32,000 nucleotides of DNA from Haloferax volcanii DS2. Its GTDB lineage: Archaea; Halobacteriota; Halobacteria; Halobacteriales; Haloferacaceae. Numbering within the stretch: position 1 is the first letter of the stretch; each line of letters begins with the position of its first letter. The DNA lies in NCBI RefSeq assembly GCF_000025685.1, contig NC_013967.1, forward strand, positions 1,440,001 to 1,472,000, in the 5' to 3' direction. The notes under the pieces are model-generated. The model was not told the DNA's origin and searched no databases. It saw nothing but the letters and a program-made list of their open reading frames with translations. Positions 1 through 11,073 of the stretch are shown here, piece by piece. The translations under genes were made by a program, and so were the position numbers.

Positions 1-1139
1 CACAGCGCCTCGACGACGTTCTCGCGGACCGTCTCACCGAACGAGGTGTCGGTGTCCTCACCGACCGTCTCGGCGGCGTTTTCGACGACAGTGACGAGTT
101 CGCCGTGGGCGATGCGGTCCTTGCCGACGACGATATCGACCAGTTCGTCCGCGAACGCCGCGGTCGCCTCTTTGCCCTTGTTGGCGACGGCGTCCTCGAC
201 GACGGCGACGAGGTCGTCGGCCTCGGACGCGTCGGGCGTCCGCCACGTCATCTCGCGGCCGAAGTGCCGGTCGCGGAAGGCGTCGTGAATCTTGTCGGAG
301 GTCTTCGCGCCGACGCGGGTGAACTCCTCTTGGAGGAAGCCGGACACGGAGTACGACTCGGTCGCCGAGAGCATCTTCAGGAGCGTCCCGAGTTCGACGC
401 CGTGGGGGTGGGGACGGATCTCCTTCGTCTGTTTCGGAAGCTGGTCGGTCGCCCGCTCGAACTTCATCGGCTCGTCGAGGCCGGGTTCCCGGAGTTCGAT
501 GCGTGCGTGGGGGTTGACGACCGCCGTGTGGAGGATGTAGTCGTGGAGCTGCTGGCGGGCGCGCATGTTGGCTTCCATCTCCAACTCGATGCGCGTGCCG
601 TGGGGGCGGTCCCACGAAGTCGTCTTCTCGGTGCGAATCTCGGGTTCGTTCTGGTCCGTGTTGATGACGAGTTCGAAGTACTCGGCGTCCTCCGAGCCCT
701 GCGTCCGGCTCGTCACCTTGGCGGGCTTCCCGCTCGTCAGCTGCGAGTAGAGGACCGCCGCGGAGATACCGATACCCTGCTGACCGCGGGACTGTTCGCG
801 CGCGTGGAAGCGAGAGCCGTAGAGGAGCTTCCCGAACACTTTGGGCACCTGCTCTTTCGTGATGCCCGGCCCGTTGTCCTCGATGACGAGGCGGTAGTAG
901 TCGCCCGCCTCGGCGATTTCCACGTAGATGTCGGGCTGGATGCCCGCCTCCTCCGTGGCGTCGAGCGCGTTGTCCACCGCCTCCTTGACGGCGGTGACCA
1001 ACCCGCGGGCTCCGCTGTCGAAGCCCAACATGTGCTTGTTCTTCTCGAAGAACTCGGCGATGGAGATCTCCCGCTGGCCCTTCGCCAGCTCCTCTGCGAT
1101 CCCCGGCTCGTCACCGAGTGTCGACTGGAACGAGGTCAT
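1..1139 (-). CDS. top6B: DNA topoisomerase VI subunit B, N-terminal ~379 codons (C-terminus lies beyond the left window edge)
   Basis: Absent from the ORF track because it is open at the edge. My reverse-strand translation from the ATG (complement of 1137-1139) reads [66 protein letters not shown]...VIEDNGPGI...[15 protein letters not shown]. These are GHKL/Bergerat ATPase N, G1 and G2 boxes. No stop down to position 3. The + ORF 105..1172 is its antisense shadow. Confidence 0.9.
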   Translation of the reverse strand, partial: MTSFQSTLGDEPGIAEELAKGQREISIAEFFEKNKHMLGFDSGARGLVTAVKEAVDNALDATEEAGIQPDIYVEIAEAGDYYRLVIEDNGPGITKEQVPKVFGKLLYGSRFHAREQSRGQQGIGISAAVLYSQLTSGKPAKVTSRTQGSEDAEYFELVINTDQNEPEIRTEKTTSWDRPHGTRIELEMEANMRARQQLHDYILHTAVVNPHARIELREPGLDEPMKFERATDQLPKQTKEIRPHPHGVELGTLLKMLSATESYSVSGFLQEEFTRVGAKTSDKIHDAFRDRHFGREMTWRTPDASEADDLVAVVEDAVANKGKEATAAFADELVDIVVGKDRIAHGELVTVVENAAETVGEDTDTSFGETVRENVVEAL

Positions 1140-1360
1140 TTCCTGATGCGCATCTACCCAGTCCCGCGTTAAGTACTCACCGGCAGCGGAGTGAAAGTGA
1201 ACTCGGGGCGTTGACGCGCTTCGAGGGGCGTTCGCGCCGGAACGCCGGATAATGATACACAGAGTCACCCACGAAACGCGGGTCGGTCGGTCGGCGTCTC
1301 CGATGTCGGAAACCGCTACGCGGGACTCCAGTAAGTAGTACGCGCCCGCGCGTGCGAGTC

Positions 1361-3312
<1,952 letters not shown>

Positions 3313-3313
3313 T

Positions 3314-5902
3314 ATGAGTTCTGACGCACCAGATTCGTTCGAACCGGGCGCGGGTATCGCGGCCGAAGTCAAGAACGCGCGCATCGAAGACGAGATGGAG
3401 CAGTCGTACATCGACTACGCGATGTCGGTCATCGCGGGGCGGGCGCTGCCCGACGTACGCGACGGCCTGAAGCCGGTCCACCGGCGCATCCTGTATGCGA
3501 TGCATCAGGCCGGCGTGACCTCCAACTCGTCGCACCGCAAGTCCTCGTCCATCGTGGGCGAGACGATGGGTGACTACCACCCCCACGGCGACTCCGCCAT
3601 CTACGACACCCTCGCGCGCATGGCGCAGGACTTCTCCATGCGCTACCCGCTCGTCGACGGCCAGGGTAACTTCGGCTCCGTCGACGGCGACCCGCCGGCC
3701 GCGATGCGCTACACGGAGGCGCGGATGTCCCCCATCGCCGAGGAACTCCTCGACGACATCGACAAGGACACCGTCGACTTCCAGTCGAACTACGACGACC
3801 GCAAGCAGGAGCCGACGGTGCTGCCGTCGTCGTTCCCGAACCTGCTCGTCAACGGGTCGTCCGGCATCGCGGTCGGGATGTCCACGAACATCCCGCCGCA
3901 CAACCTCGGTGAGGTCGTCGACGCCACCGTCGAACTCATCGAGAACCCCGACGCGACCGTCGCGGACCTGATGGAACACATCAAGGGGCCGGACTTCCCG
4001 ACCGGCGCGAACATCGTCGGCCGCAACGCGGTCCACAAGGCGTACAAGACGGGTCGCGGTCGCGTCCGCGTCCGCGCCGACTACGACGTGTTCGAGGAAG
4101 AAGGCCGCATCGTCATCAACGAACTCCCGTATCAGGAGAACAAGGCCCGCCTCATCGAGCGCATCGCCGACGACGTGAACGAGGGTAAAATCGAAGGCAT
4201 CCGCGACATCCGCGACGAGTCCGACCGCGACGGCATCCGCGTCGTCATCGAACTCAAGCGCGGCGTGATGGCCGAGGTCGTCAAGAACCAGCTGCTCGAC
4301 AACCACCTCGAATCCACGTTCGGCGTCATCAACCTCGCGCTCGTCGACGGACAGCCGCAGGTGCTGACGCTCAAGGAGACGCTCGAACACTACCTCGACC
4401 ACCGCCGCGACGTGGTTCGCCGGCGCTCCGAGTACGAACTCGCCGAGGCCGAAGACCGCGCGCACATCCTCGACGGCCGCCTGAAGGCCCTCGACAACAT
4501 CGACGACGTGGTCGAGACCATCCGCAACTCCGAGAGTCGCGACGACGCGAAGGCCGCGCTCCGCGGCGAGGTCGAAGTCGAAGTCGGCGGTGAACCGCTG
4601 CCGACGTTCGACTTCTCCGAGGAGCAGGCGAACCACATCGTCTCGATGCAGCTCGGCTCGCTCACCTCGATGGAGGCGGCCGAAATCGAAGCCGAGTACG
4701 AGGACGTGCAGGCGACCATCGAGCGCCTCGAAACCATCCTCGGCGACCAGTCGGAACTCGACGCCGTCATCGAGTCCGAACTGCTCGACATCAAAGACGA
4801 GTACGCCGACGACCGGCGGACCTCGTTCGTCGCCAACACCGGCGAGGTCACCCGCGCCGACCTCATCCCCGAGGAGGACGTGGTCGTCGTCGTCAGCGAG
4901 GACGACTACATCAAGCGGATGCCGGTCTCCCGGTTCCGCGACCAGCACCGCGGCGGCAAGGGCATCATCGGGACGGACCTCAAGGAAGGCGACAACGTCT
5001 CGTCGGTGTTCGTCACGAACACCCACGACGACCTGCTCTGTTTCACCAACCACGGGCAGGTCTACCAACTCAAGGCCTACCAGGTCCCCGAGATGTCGCG
5101 GACCGCCCGCGGGAAGTCGGCGGTCAACCTCCTCGACTTCGACGACGGCGAGGAGATTACGGCCGTCGTCAACTGCGACGACCTCGAAGATATCGAGGGC
5201 TATCTAACGATGGTGACCCGGAACGGCTACATCAAGCGGACCGGTACCGACCGCTTCCAGAACATCCTCTCGACGGGCATCATCGCCACCAAACTCGACG
5301 AGGGCGACGAACTCGTCGACGTGGAGGTCACGGGCGGCGAAAGCGACCTCGTCATCGGCACCGAACGGGGAATGTCCATCCGCTTCGACGAGGACGAGGT
5401 GCGCGCGATGGGGCGCTCGGCCCGCGGCGTCCGCGGCATCAAACTCGAAGGCGACGACGTGGTCGCCGGCGTAGCAGCCATCGACGAGGACCACCACAGC
5501 TGGATTCTCACCGTCACCGAGAACGGCTACGGGAAGCGCACGGACCTCGACGCCTACCGCACGCAGTCCAGAAACGGCAAGGGTCTCATCGACATCAAGG
5601 CAAACGAGCGGAACGGCCCGGTCTGCGCCATCAACACCGTCGGCGAGGGCGACCACCTCGTCGTCATGTCCGACGAGGGGCAGATTCTCCGGACCCCCGT
5701 CGAGGACATCTCGACGGTCGGCCGCAACACGATGGGCGTCATCGTGATGGACCTCGACGAGGGCGACGACGTGGCCTCCGTCGACGTGATTCCGGCCGCG
5801 ATGACGACCGAAGGCGAGGAACTGGACGACGCGGACAGCGTGGAAGAGGACGCGGAAACCGACGCGAAAGCCGACGCGAAAGCCGACGCGGACGACGAGT
5901 AA
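3314..5902 (+). CDS. gyrA: DNA gyrase subunit A
   Basis: 862 aa. Has the active-site Tyr context [10 protein letters not shown], a GyrA-box-type beta-pinwheel C-terminal repeat region and an acidic tail. Forms a gyrBA operon with a 1-nt gap. Confidence 0.97.
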   Translation: MSSDAPDSFEPGAGIAAEVKNARIEDEMEQSYIDYAMSVIAGRALPDVRDGLKPVHRRILYAMHQAGVTSNSSHRKSSSIVGETMGDYHPHGDSAIYDTLARMAQDFSMRYPLVDGQGNFGSVDGDPPAAMRYTEARMSPIAEELLDDIDKDTVDFQSNYDDRKQEPTVLPSSFPNLLVNGSSGIAVGMSTNIPPHNLGEVVDATVELIENPDATVADLMEHIKGPDFPTGANIVGRNAVHKAYKTGRGRVRVRADYDVFEEEGRIVINELPYQENKARLIERIADDVNEGKIEGIRDIRDESDRDGIRVVIELKRGVMAEVVKNQLLDNHLESTFGVINLALVDGQPQVLTLKETLEHYLDHRRDVVRRRSEYELAEAEDRAHILDGRLKALDNIDDVVETIRNSESRDDAKAALRGEVEVEVGGEPLPTFDFSEEQANHIVSMQLGSLTSMEAAEIEAEYEDVQATIERLETILGDQSELDAVIESELLDIKDEYADDRRTSFVANTGEVTRADLIPEEDVVVVVSEDDYIKRMPVSRFRDQHRGGKGIIGTDLKEGDNVSSVFVTNTHDDLLCFTNHGQVYQLKAYQVPEMSRTARGKSAVNLLDFDDGEEITAVVNCDDLEDIEGYLTMVTRNGYIKRTGTDRFQNILSTGIIATKLDEGDELVDVEVTGGESDLVIGTERGMSIRFDEDEVRAMGRSARGVRGIKLEGDDVVAGVAAIDEDHHSWILTVTENGYGKRTDLDAYRTQSRNGKGLIDIKANERNGPVCAINTVGEGDHLVVMSDEGQILRTPVEDISTVGRNTMGVIVMDLDEGDDVASVDVIPAAMTTEGEELDDADSVEEDAETDAKADAKADADDE
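5861..5890 (+). repeat. 12-bp tandem repeat (GACGCGAAAGCC x2.5) encoding [10 protein letters not shown] in the acidic GyrA tail
   Basis: Read directly: gacgcgaaagcc gacgcgaaagcc gacgcg. Confidence 0.8.
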
Positions 5903-5909
5903 CGGCTCC

Positions 5910-5930
5910 CCGCGAGACTTTTTTTCGCGG
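5910..5930 (+). terminator. Hairpin plus T7 run after gyrA (CCGCGA-gacTTTTTTT-TCGCGG)
   Basis: 6-bp stem with a run of 7 T (5919-5925), starting 8 nt after the gyrA stop. Oligo-T tracts are the known archaeal termination signal. Confidence 0.6.
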
Positions 5931-6003
5931 ACCCCCGCCGGAGAGCCGCGGCTCCGACCGTCGCTCCCCGAAGACATTTATCTCGGCCGGAGGTCCTACC
6001 GGT

Positions 6004-6420
6004 ATGAGCGTGCGACCGCGGTCGAGAATCGTCGGCGTCTCGGCGCTCGCGTTCGTCGTCGTCCTCGGCGGCCTGACCGCGCTTCGGGCGTGGAACCTCG
6101 AACCGCCGACGGCCGTGCAGTCGCTCGTCGTCGACGCGGGCGCGGTACTGGTCGTCGCCGGCGTCGCGGCACACGTCGCCCGCGGCGAGAATATCGGCAC
6201 GCGCGCCGGCGAGGGTATCGTGCTCGCCTTCGGCCCGTGTCTCGGCTTCGCGGCCAACCTGTTCGTCCCGGTTTCGACGATGGAGTCGCCGCTGTGGGTC
6301 GCGTACCCGCTCGTCGCCGGAGCGGCGCTCGCGCTCGCCGTCGGTGGGGTCGGCGCGGCCGTCGGCTACGTCGTCCGAGTCGTGCGAAAAAACGGGACCG
6401 CCATCGGTCGAACCTCGTAG
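6004..6420 (+). CDS. Small integral membrane protein, unknown function (about 4 hydrophobic segments)
   Basis: 138-aa ORF rich in A/V/L/G stretches. ATTTAT lies at 5976-5981, 23-28 nt upstream of the ATG. No family recognised. Confidence 0.6.
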   Translation: MSVRPRSRIVGVSALAFVVVLGGLTALRAWNLEPPTAVQSLVVDAGAVLVVAGVAAHVARGENIGTRAGEGIVLAFGPCLGFAANLFVPVSTMESPLWVAYPLVAGAALALAVGGVGAAVGYVVRVVRKNGTAIGRTS

Positions 6421-6424
6421 TCGG

Positions 6425-6895
6425 CTACTTCTCCACGTCCGAGGGTTCTCTGGTCAGGTCGTAGGTGTAGTGTCGCGGCTTGCGGTCCCGGAGCCAGTCG
6501 CGGAGCGGTTCGACCCGCGGCCGGTAGGTGAGCGTCGACCCGAGGGCGGTCAGCGGGAGGAACTTCGCCGCCTCGATTTCGTCGTCGGGGTCGCTCGGCG
6601 ACGGCGTCGGGTCGTCGGCGACGGGCGTCGCGTGGTAGAACCGCTGGAGATAGATGCGGTGGTCCGGAGCGCGAATCTCGCTCGTGAAGGCGAGCGACTG
6701 GATTTCGACTTCGACGCCGGTCTCCTCTGCGGCCTCGCGGGCGGCGGTCTCGAAGAAGAACTCACCGGGTTCGGAGCCGCCTTTCGGCAGTCCCCAGCGG
6801 TCCTTCTCGTAGACCGCGAGCACGGAGTTCTCCCGGAGGACGACGACGCCGGCGGCGAGGTCGTGCGGCGCGGGGGCTTCTCTCGGCGTCGACAT
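6425..6895 (-). CDS. NUDIX hydrolase
   Basis: Perfect Nudix box GGSEPGEFFFETAAREAAEETGV (Gx5Ex7REUxEExGU). The start ATG overlaps the arginase stop (TGATG). Confidence 0.85.
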   Translation of the reverse strand: MSTPREAPAPHDLAAGVVVLRENSVLAVYEKDRWGLPKGGSEPGEFFFETAAREAAEETGVEVEIQSLAFTSEIRAPDHRIYLQRFYHATPVADDPTPSPSDPDDEIEAAKFLPLTALGSTLTYRPRVEPLRDWLRDRKPRHYTYDLTREPSDVEK

Positions 6896-7794
6896 CAGAG
6901 GATGCGCTTGCCGAAGGCGCTTGCGGCGAGTTCGGTCGCGAGCGTCGCAGTCTCGTTGTGCTCGTCGAGGATGGGGTTGACCTCCACGAGTTCGAACGAG
7001 CGCATGGCCTCCGAGCGGGCGACGAGTTCCATCGCCGCGTGGGCTTCGCGGTAGGTCACGCCGCCGCGGACGGGCGTCCCGACCCCGGGGGCCTCGCGGG
7101 GGTCGAGCCAGTCGAGGTCGAGGCTGATGTGGACGCCGTCGGTCCCGTCGGTCGCCACGTCGAGGGCGTCGTTCGTCACGTCGGTGATGCCGCGCTCATC
7201 GATGTCCGACATCGTGTACACCGTCACGTCGCTGTCGCGAATCGCCTCGGCCTCCGCGTCGTCGACGGAGCGCAAGCCGACGATAGCGACGTTCTCCTCT
7301 TTGAGGCCGGCGGCGTTCGCCCACTCGACGCCCGCGAAGTCACCGATGCCGAGCGCGGCGGCCAGCGGCATGCCGTGGACGTTGCCGGACGGCGAGGTGC
7401 TCGGCGTGTTGAAGTCGCCGTGAGCGTCGAACCAGATGACGCCGATGTCGGCGTCGCGGGCGCTGCCGACCAGCGAGCCGATGGCGATGGAGTGGTCGCC
7501 GCCGAGCGCGAGCGGGGTCGTCCCCTCGGCGAGCGCGGTCGAGACGGCGTCGGCGAGGCTCCGCGTCACCTCTTCGACTTCCTTGACGTGCTTCGCGTTC
7601 GTCGCCCCGGCGTCGGCGTCCCGCGTCGCGTGATGCGGGACCGCGAGGTCGCCGGCGTCAGTCGGTGAGACGCCCGCGGACTCCAGTTCCCCCGCGAGTC
7701 CAGCGTATCGAATCGCGGAGGGACCCATGTCCACCCCGCGTCGATTGGCACCGTAGTCCGTCGGTGCACCCAGAATTCTGACGTTCCGTTCCAT
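6895..7794 (-). CDS. rocF: Arginase (ureohydrolase family)
   Basis: 299 aa. Mn-binding motifs GGDHSIAIG, WFDAHGDFNTP and SLDLDWLDP, plus the arginase-type SGNVHGMPLA. Confidence 0.85.
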   Translation of the reverse strand: MERNVRILGAPTDYGANRRGVDMGPSAIRYAGLAGELESAGVSPTDAGDLAVPHHATRDADAGATNAKHVKEVEEVTRSLADAVSTALAEGTTPLALGGDHSIAIGSLVGSARDADIGVIWFDAHGDFNTPSTSPSGNVHGMPLAAALGIGDFAGVEWANAAGLKEENVAIVGLRSVDDAEAEAIRDSDVTVYTMSDIDERGITDVTNDALDVATDGTDGVHISLDLDWLDPREAPGVGTPVRGGVTYREAHAAMELVARSEAMRSFELVEVNPILDEHNETATLATELAASAFGKRIL

Positions 7795-7898
7795 AGATGA
7801 CCCACTCGTTCGGGCCGTTTAGTGGCATCGGAAAACACCCTTATTGATAATGCTATCTGTCACCTCCGGGGAGGCCGTCGCCCGGCGGAACGCACGGG

Positions 7899-8819
7899 CT
7901 ACTCGTCGAGATACGGTTCGCAGACGCGCCGGAGGCCCTCCTCGAAGGAGATTTTGGGTTCCCAGCCGGTCGCCTCGCGTATCTTCGTGCAGTCGGCTTT
8001 CGTGTCGTGGACGTACACGTCGAGGGGGTTTTCGATGTATTCGGGTTCGACGTCGGTGCCGAGCGCCTCGTTTATCATGTCGACCATCTCGTTGAACGAG
8101 TAGCTCTCGCCGGTGCCGAGGTTGTAGATGCCTTGTAGCCGGTGGTCGGCGGCGAGTTCGATGCCGCGAACGATGTCGTCGACGTGGGTGAAATCGCGGG
8201 TCTGGGTGCCGTCTCCGAACAGCTCCGGCGACTCGCCGGCCGCGATTTTGTCGGTGAACTGCGCGACCGTGTTGGCGAACTCGCCTTTGTGTTCCTCCGC
8301 GCCGCCGAAGCCCTGATACACCGAGAAAAACCGAAGCCCGGCCGTCCGCATATCGTAGTGGTGGTGGAAGTACTCCGCGTAGCGCTCCCGGGCGAGTTTC
8401 GACGCTTCGTAGCCCGTGCGCGCCTCGACCGGCATCTCTTCCGGCGAGGGCTCGGTCTGCGAGCCGTAAATCGAGGAGGTTGAGGCGTAGACGACGGTGT
8501 CACAGCCGTCGTTTCGCGCCTGCTCGACCGTGTTCACGAAGCCTTCGACGTTGACGCGCGCGGCCTTCGTCGGGTTCTCCTCGTGCATCTTGTACGACGA
8601 CAGCGCCGCCAGATGGAACACCACGTCCACGTCGTCGGTCGGGAGGTCGTCGTCGAGCACGCTCGCGTCGTGGAACTCCACGGCGTCGTCGAGATTCTCG
8701 GGCGTGCCGAGGTAGAGGTCGTCGACGGCGACGACCTCGTTTTCGTCGGCGAGATGGTTCGCGAGATTCGAACCGATGAAGCCGGCACCGCCGGTCACGA
8801 GGACTCGTTTCCCGTTCAT
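7899..8819 (-). CDS. NAD-dependent nucleoside-diphosphate-sugar epimerase/dehydratase (extended SDR)
   Basis: 306 aa. N-terminal Rossmann motif VLVTGGAGFIGS and catalytic YxxxK (YEASK). ACTATA (minus sense) lies 25-30 nt upstream of the ATG. Confidence 0.85.
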   Translation of the reverse strand: MNGKRVLVTGGAGFIGSNLANHLADENEVVAVDDLYLGTPENLDDAVEFHDASVLDDDLPTDDVDVVFHLAALSSYKMHEENPTKAARVNVEGFVNTVEQARNDGCDTVVYASTSSIYGSQTEPSPEEMPVEARTGYEASKLARERYAEYFHHHYDMRTAGLRFFSVYQGFGGAEEHKGEFANTVAQFTDKIAAGESPELFGDGTQTRDFTHVDDIVRGIELAADHRLQGIYNLGTGESYSFNEMVDMINEALGTDVEPEYIENPLDVYVHDTKADCTKIREATGWEPKISFEEGLRRVCEPYLDE

Positions 8820-8861
8820 GTGCTACCGGAGTCTCGTGAGCCGTATAGTGCTATCGACAGC

Positions 8862-8895
8862 ATCGAGGCCGAATCGAGGTTCGGAATGAACATTC
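8862..8895. promoter_or_regulatory. Cluster of short repeats in the divergent epimerase/wHTH spacer: ATCGAGG-N4-ATCGAGG, palindromes CCGAA-N6-TTCGG and GAATG-AA-CATTC
   Basis: Read directly: ATCGAGG at 8862-8868 and 8873-8879, 11-bp phase. A third TTCGAGG is at 8934-8940. The function as an operator is inference. Confidence 0.35.
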
Positions 8896-8953
8896 ATGAG
8901 TGTGATACGGTTACAAAGTAGACGAACGGCAGATTCGAGGCGTCATCCATCGG

Positions 8954-8959
8954 ATTTAA
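8954..8959 (+). promoter_or_regulatory. TATA-like box (ATTTAA) for the wHTH gene, 26-31 nt upstream of the ATG
   Basis: Position and composition only. Confidence 0.5.
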
Positions 8960-8984
8960 GGACGTATGTAGCGAACCATTCTCC

Positions 8985-9518
8985 ATGTCATCAATCGAGC
9001 TCACGTCGAGTCAGAAAACTATCTTGACTGCACTCATCAACCTCTATCGGGACTCCGAAGACGCCGTAAAAGGTGAGGATATCGCGGCCGAAGTCAACCG
9101 AAACCCCGGCACCATCCGAAACCAGATGCAGAGCCTGAAGGCACTCCAGTTGGTCGAGGGCGTCCCCGGTCCGAAGGGCGGTTACAAGCCGACCGCGAAC
9201 GCCTACGAGGCGCTCGACGTGGACAAGATGGACGAGCCCGCGTTCGTCCCTCTGTTCCACAACGACGAGGAAGTCGAAGGCGTCAACGTCGACGAAATCG
9301 ACCTCTCCAGCGTCCACCACCCCGAGCTGTGCCGCGCCGAGATTCACGTGCAGGGCTCCGTCCGCGAGTTCCACGAGGGCGACAAGATTCGCGTCGGTCC
9401 GACGCCCCTCTCGAAGCTCGTCATCGACGGCACGCTCGACGGCAAGGACGACACGAGCAACATCCTCATCCTCCGCATCGACGACATGCAGGCACCCGTC
9501 GGCGAACCCCAGCACTAA
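8985..9518 (+). CDS. Putative winged-helix transcription regulator (Rrf2-like N-terminal wHTH) with an uncharacterised beta-rich C-terminal domain
   Basis: 177 aa. N-terminus SQKTILTALINLY...GEDIAAEVNRNPGTIRNQMQSLKALQLVEGVPGPKGGYKPT resembles HTH plus wing with the GGY signature. The C-terminal ~90 aa were not recognised. Confidence 0.65.
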   Translation: MSSIELTSSQKTILTALINLYRDSEDAVKGEDIAAEVNRNPGTIRNQMQSLKALQLVEGVPGPKGGYKPTANAYEALDVDKMDEPAFVPLFHNDEEVEGVNVDEIDLSSVHHPELCRAEIHVQGSVREFHEGDKIRVGPTPLSKLVIDGTLDGKDDTSNILILRIDDMQAPVGEPQH

Positions 9519-9523
9519 CCACG

Positions 9524-9544
9524 CTTTACTTTCCGTCTTTTTCC
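9524..9544 (+). terminator. T-rich tract (CTTTACTTTCCGTCTTTTTCC) after the wHTH gene
   Basis: T5 run at 9538-9542, about 20 nt after the TAA stop. Confidence 0.5.
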
Positions 9545-9765
9545 GGGCACTCTCCGCGCACTCCGACCGGCAGGACCGGCGTTCGGACGGCGAAGCGGTC
9601 CGTTCGGCTTGGTGATACGGTTCGCGCCACCGATTGACCCCGGCGAACGGCGACGCGACTCGTCAGTACGCGGGGGGTGCGACAGAGCCGGAGAAATCGA
9701 AACCGAGTCGACGAGCGTCGGGCGGCGGGTGCCGCGTCACCCGGCGGTCGGGCGCGTGTTCCGAG

Positions 9766-10959
9766 TTAGAGGTCGTTCCAGGCGGAGAGCGCGCGCTTCG
9801 GCGACGTGACGTCTGCAATCCAGTTCGCGGCGATGCCCTTCTTCAGCGTCCGCGCGAGCGGGCCGCCGAAGACGTTGACGGGGAACTCTCCGAAGACGGG
9901 GAACTTCACGCCGTGGGCGACGGCGTCGTGGCCGATGGAGATGACCGTCCCCTTGTCGGTGAACGTCCAGCGCTTGAGCGGCTTGCCGGCGATGGCCCGG
10001 GCGATGTTCTCGCCGGCCACGTCAGCGGCGTCCCAGGCGGCCTGCGCCGTCGGCGGCGCGACGTTGTCGGGCCCCTGCTCGACGAGGGCGCAGTCACCGA
10101 CCGCGAAGACGCGGTCGTCGCTGGTCTGGAAGTCCTCCTCAGCGAAGAAGCGATGGGAGCGCTCGTCCTGTTCGAGCTCCACGTCGGACGCCTCGGGCTG
10201 GCCGGTGATGCCGCCGGTCCAGACGAGCACGTCGTAGTCGAGTTCCTCGGGCGCTTCGTCCTCGCCGCCGCCGATGAAGACGGTCTCCTCGTCGACCTTC
10301 GAGATGAAGTCGCCGGTGAGGATGTCGATGTCGAGGTCTTCGACGCGACGCCGGAGCGCGCCCTGCAGTTCGGGGTCGTTTCCGGGGAAGATTTCGTCCA
10401 TCCCCTCGACGAGTTTGATGTCGATGGGTGCGCGGTTCGTGTCGCGGTACTCCGCGACCTCGGCGGCGGTCTGGATGCCGGAGAGACCCGCGCCGCCGAT
10501 GACGACCTGCGCGGGGTCGTCGCGGGAGGCGTCGGCGGCCGCCTCCTTTATCTCCTGGTGAATCTCGCGGGCGTCGTCGAGACCTTTGAGCTGGTGGGCG
10601 AACTCTTCGAGGCCCTCGATACCGAAGAAGGCGGTCGAAGAGCCGATGGCGACGAGCAGATAGTCGTAGTCGACGGTGTCGCCGCCTTCGAGCTCGACTG
10701 CGCGCTCGTCGACGTCCACGTCGGTCGCGCGACCCTTGACGAACTCCGTCGAGTCGTCTTTGATGTCGTCGACCGGGATGGTGATGCTGGACTCGACGCT
10801 CGGGTCGCGGATGCAGCGGTGGACCTCGTGGAGGACGAGGTGGTAGTCGTGTTCGGCGACCCACGTGAGTTGCGCGTCCGGACCGAGCTCTTCTTCGAGG
10901 GTTGTAACCGCGCCGGCCCCGGCGTACCCCGAGCCGAGAACGACGACCTGCGTGCTCAT
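9766..10959 (-). CDS. ndh: Type II NADH dehydrogenase (NDH-2) / FAD-dependent pyridine nucleotide-disulfide oxidoreductase
   Basis: 397 aa. Two dinucleotide folds: VVVLGSGYAGAG and VVIGGAGLSGIQ. FAVGDCA motif near the C-terminus. Confidence 0.85.
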   Translation of the reverse strand: MSTQVVVLGSGYAGAGAVTTLEEELGPDAQLTWVAEHDYHLVLHEVHRCIRDPSVESSITIPVDDIKDDSTEFVKGRATDVDVDERAVELEGGDTVDYDYLLVAIGSSTAFFGIEGLEEFAHQLKGLDDAREIHQEIKEAAADASRDDPAQVVIGGAGLSGIQTAAEVAEYRDTNRAPIDIKLVEGMDEIFPGNDPELQGALRRRVEDLDIDILTGDFISKVDEETVFIGGGEDEAPEELDYDVLVWTGGITGQPEASDVELEQDERSHRFFAEEDFQTSDDRVFAVGDCALVEQGPDNVAPPTAQAAWDAADVAGENIARAIAGKPLKRWTFTDKGTVISIGHDAVAHGVKFPVFGEFPVNVFGGPLARTLKKGIAANWIADVTSPKRALSAWNDL

Positions 10960-10963
10960 GTCG

Positions 10964-10983
10964 TCGGATGCGCAGTCATCCGA
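10964..10983. promoter_or_regulatory. Palindrome TCGGATG-cgcagt-CATCCGA between the ndh TATA-like box (TTTAT, -24..-28) and the ndh ATG
   Basis: 7-bp arms read directly. The position between TATA and start is typical of archaeal repressor operators (established principle); the binding factor is unknown. Confidence 0.4.
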
Positions 10984-11073
10984 TAAAGGGGCTTTGAAAC
11001 CGTCTCCACAGCCGGGGTGATTTTGGCCGCTACGCCCCCAGAGCGTCGAAATCCGGATTCGACGGTTGTCGGA

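Noticed and set aside
5739-6464. Alternative ORFs overlapping the 6004..6420 membrane-protein gene (5739..6257 -, 5554..6174 -, 6090..6464 +).
   Set aside because: They are Arg/Pro/Ser-rich off-frame products. The 6004 frame alone gives a coherent hydrophobic membrane-protein profile and has a TATA-like box at the right distance.
8902-9622. 11-nt direct repeat GTGATACGGTT at 8902-8912 and 9612-9622 flanking the wHTH gene, a possible target-site duplication or mobile cassette.
   Set aside because: In a 32-kb window, on the order of a hundred chance 11-mer matches are expected. There are no inverted terminal repeats, no integrase or transposase, and no compositional break in the enclosed gene.
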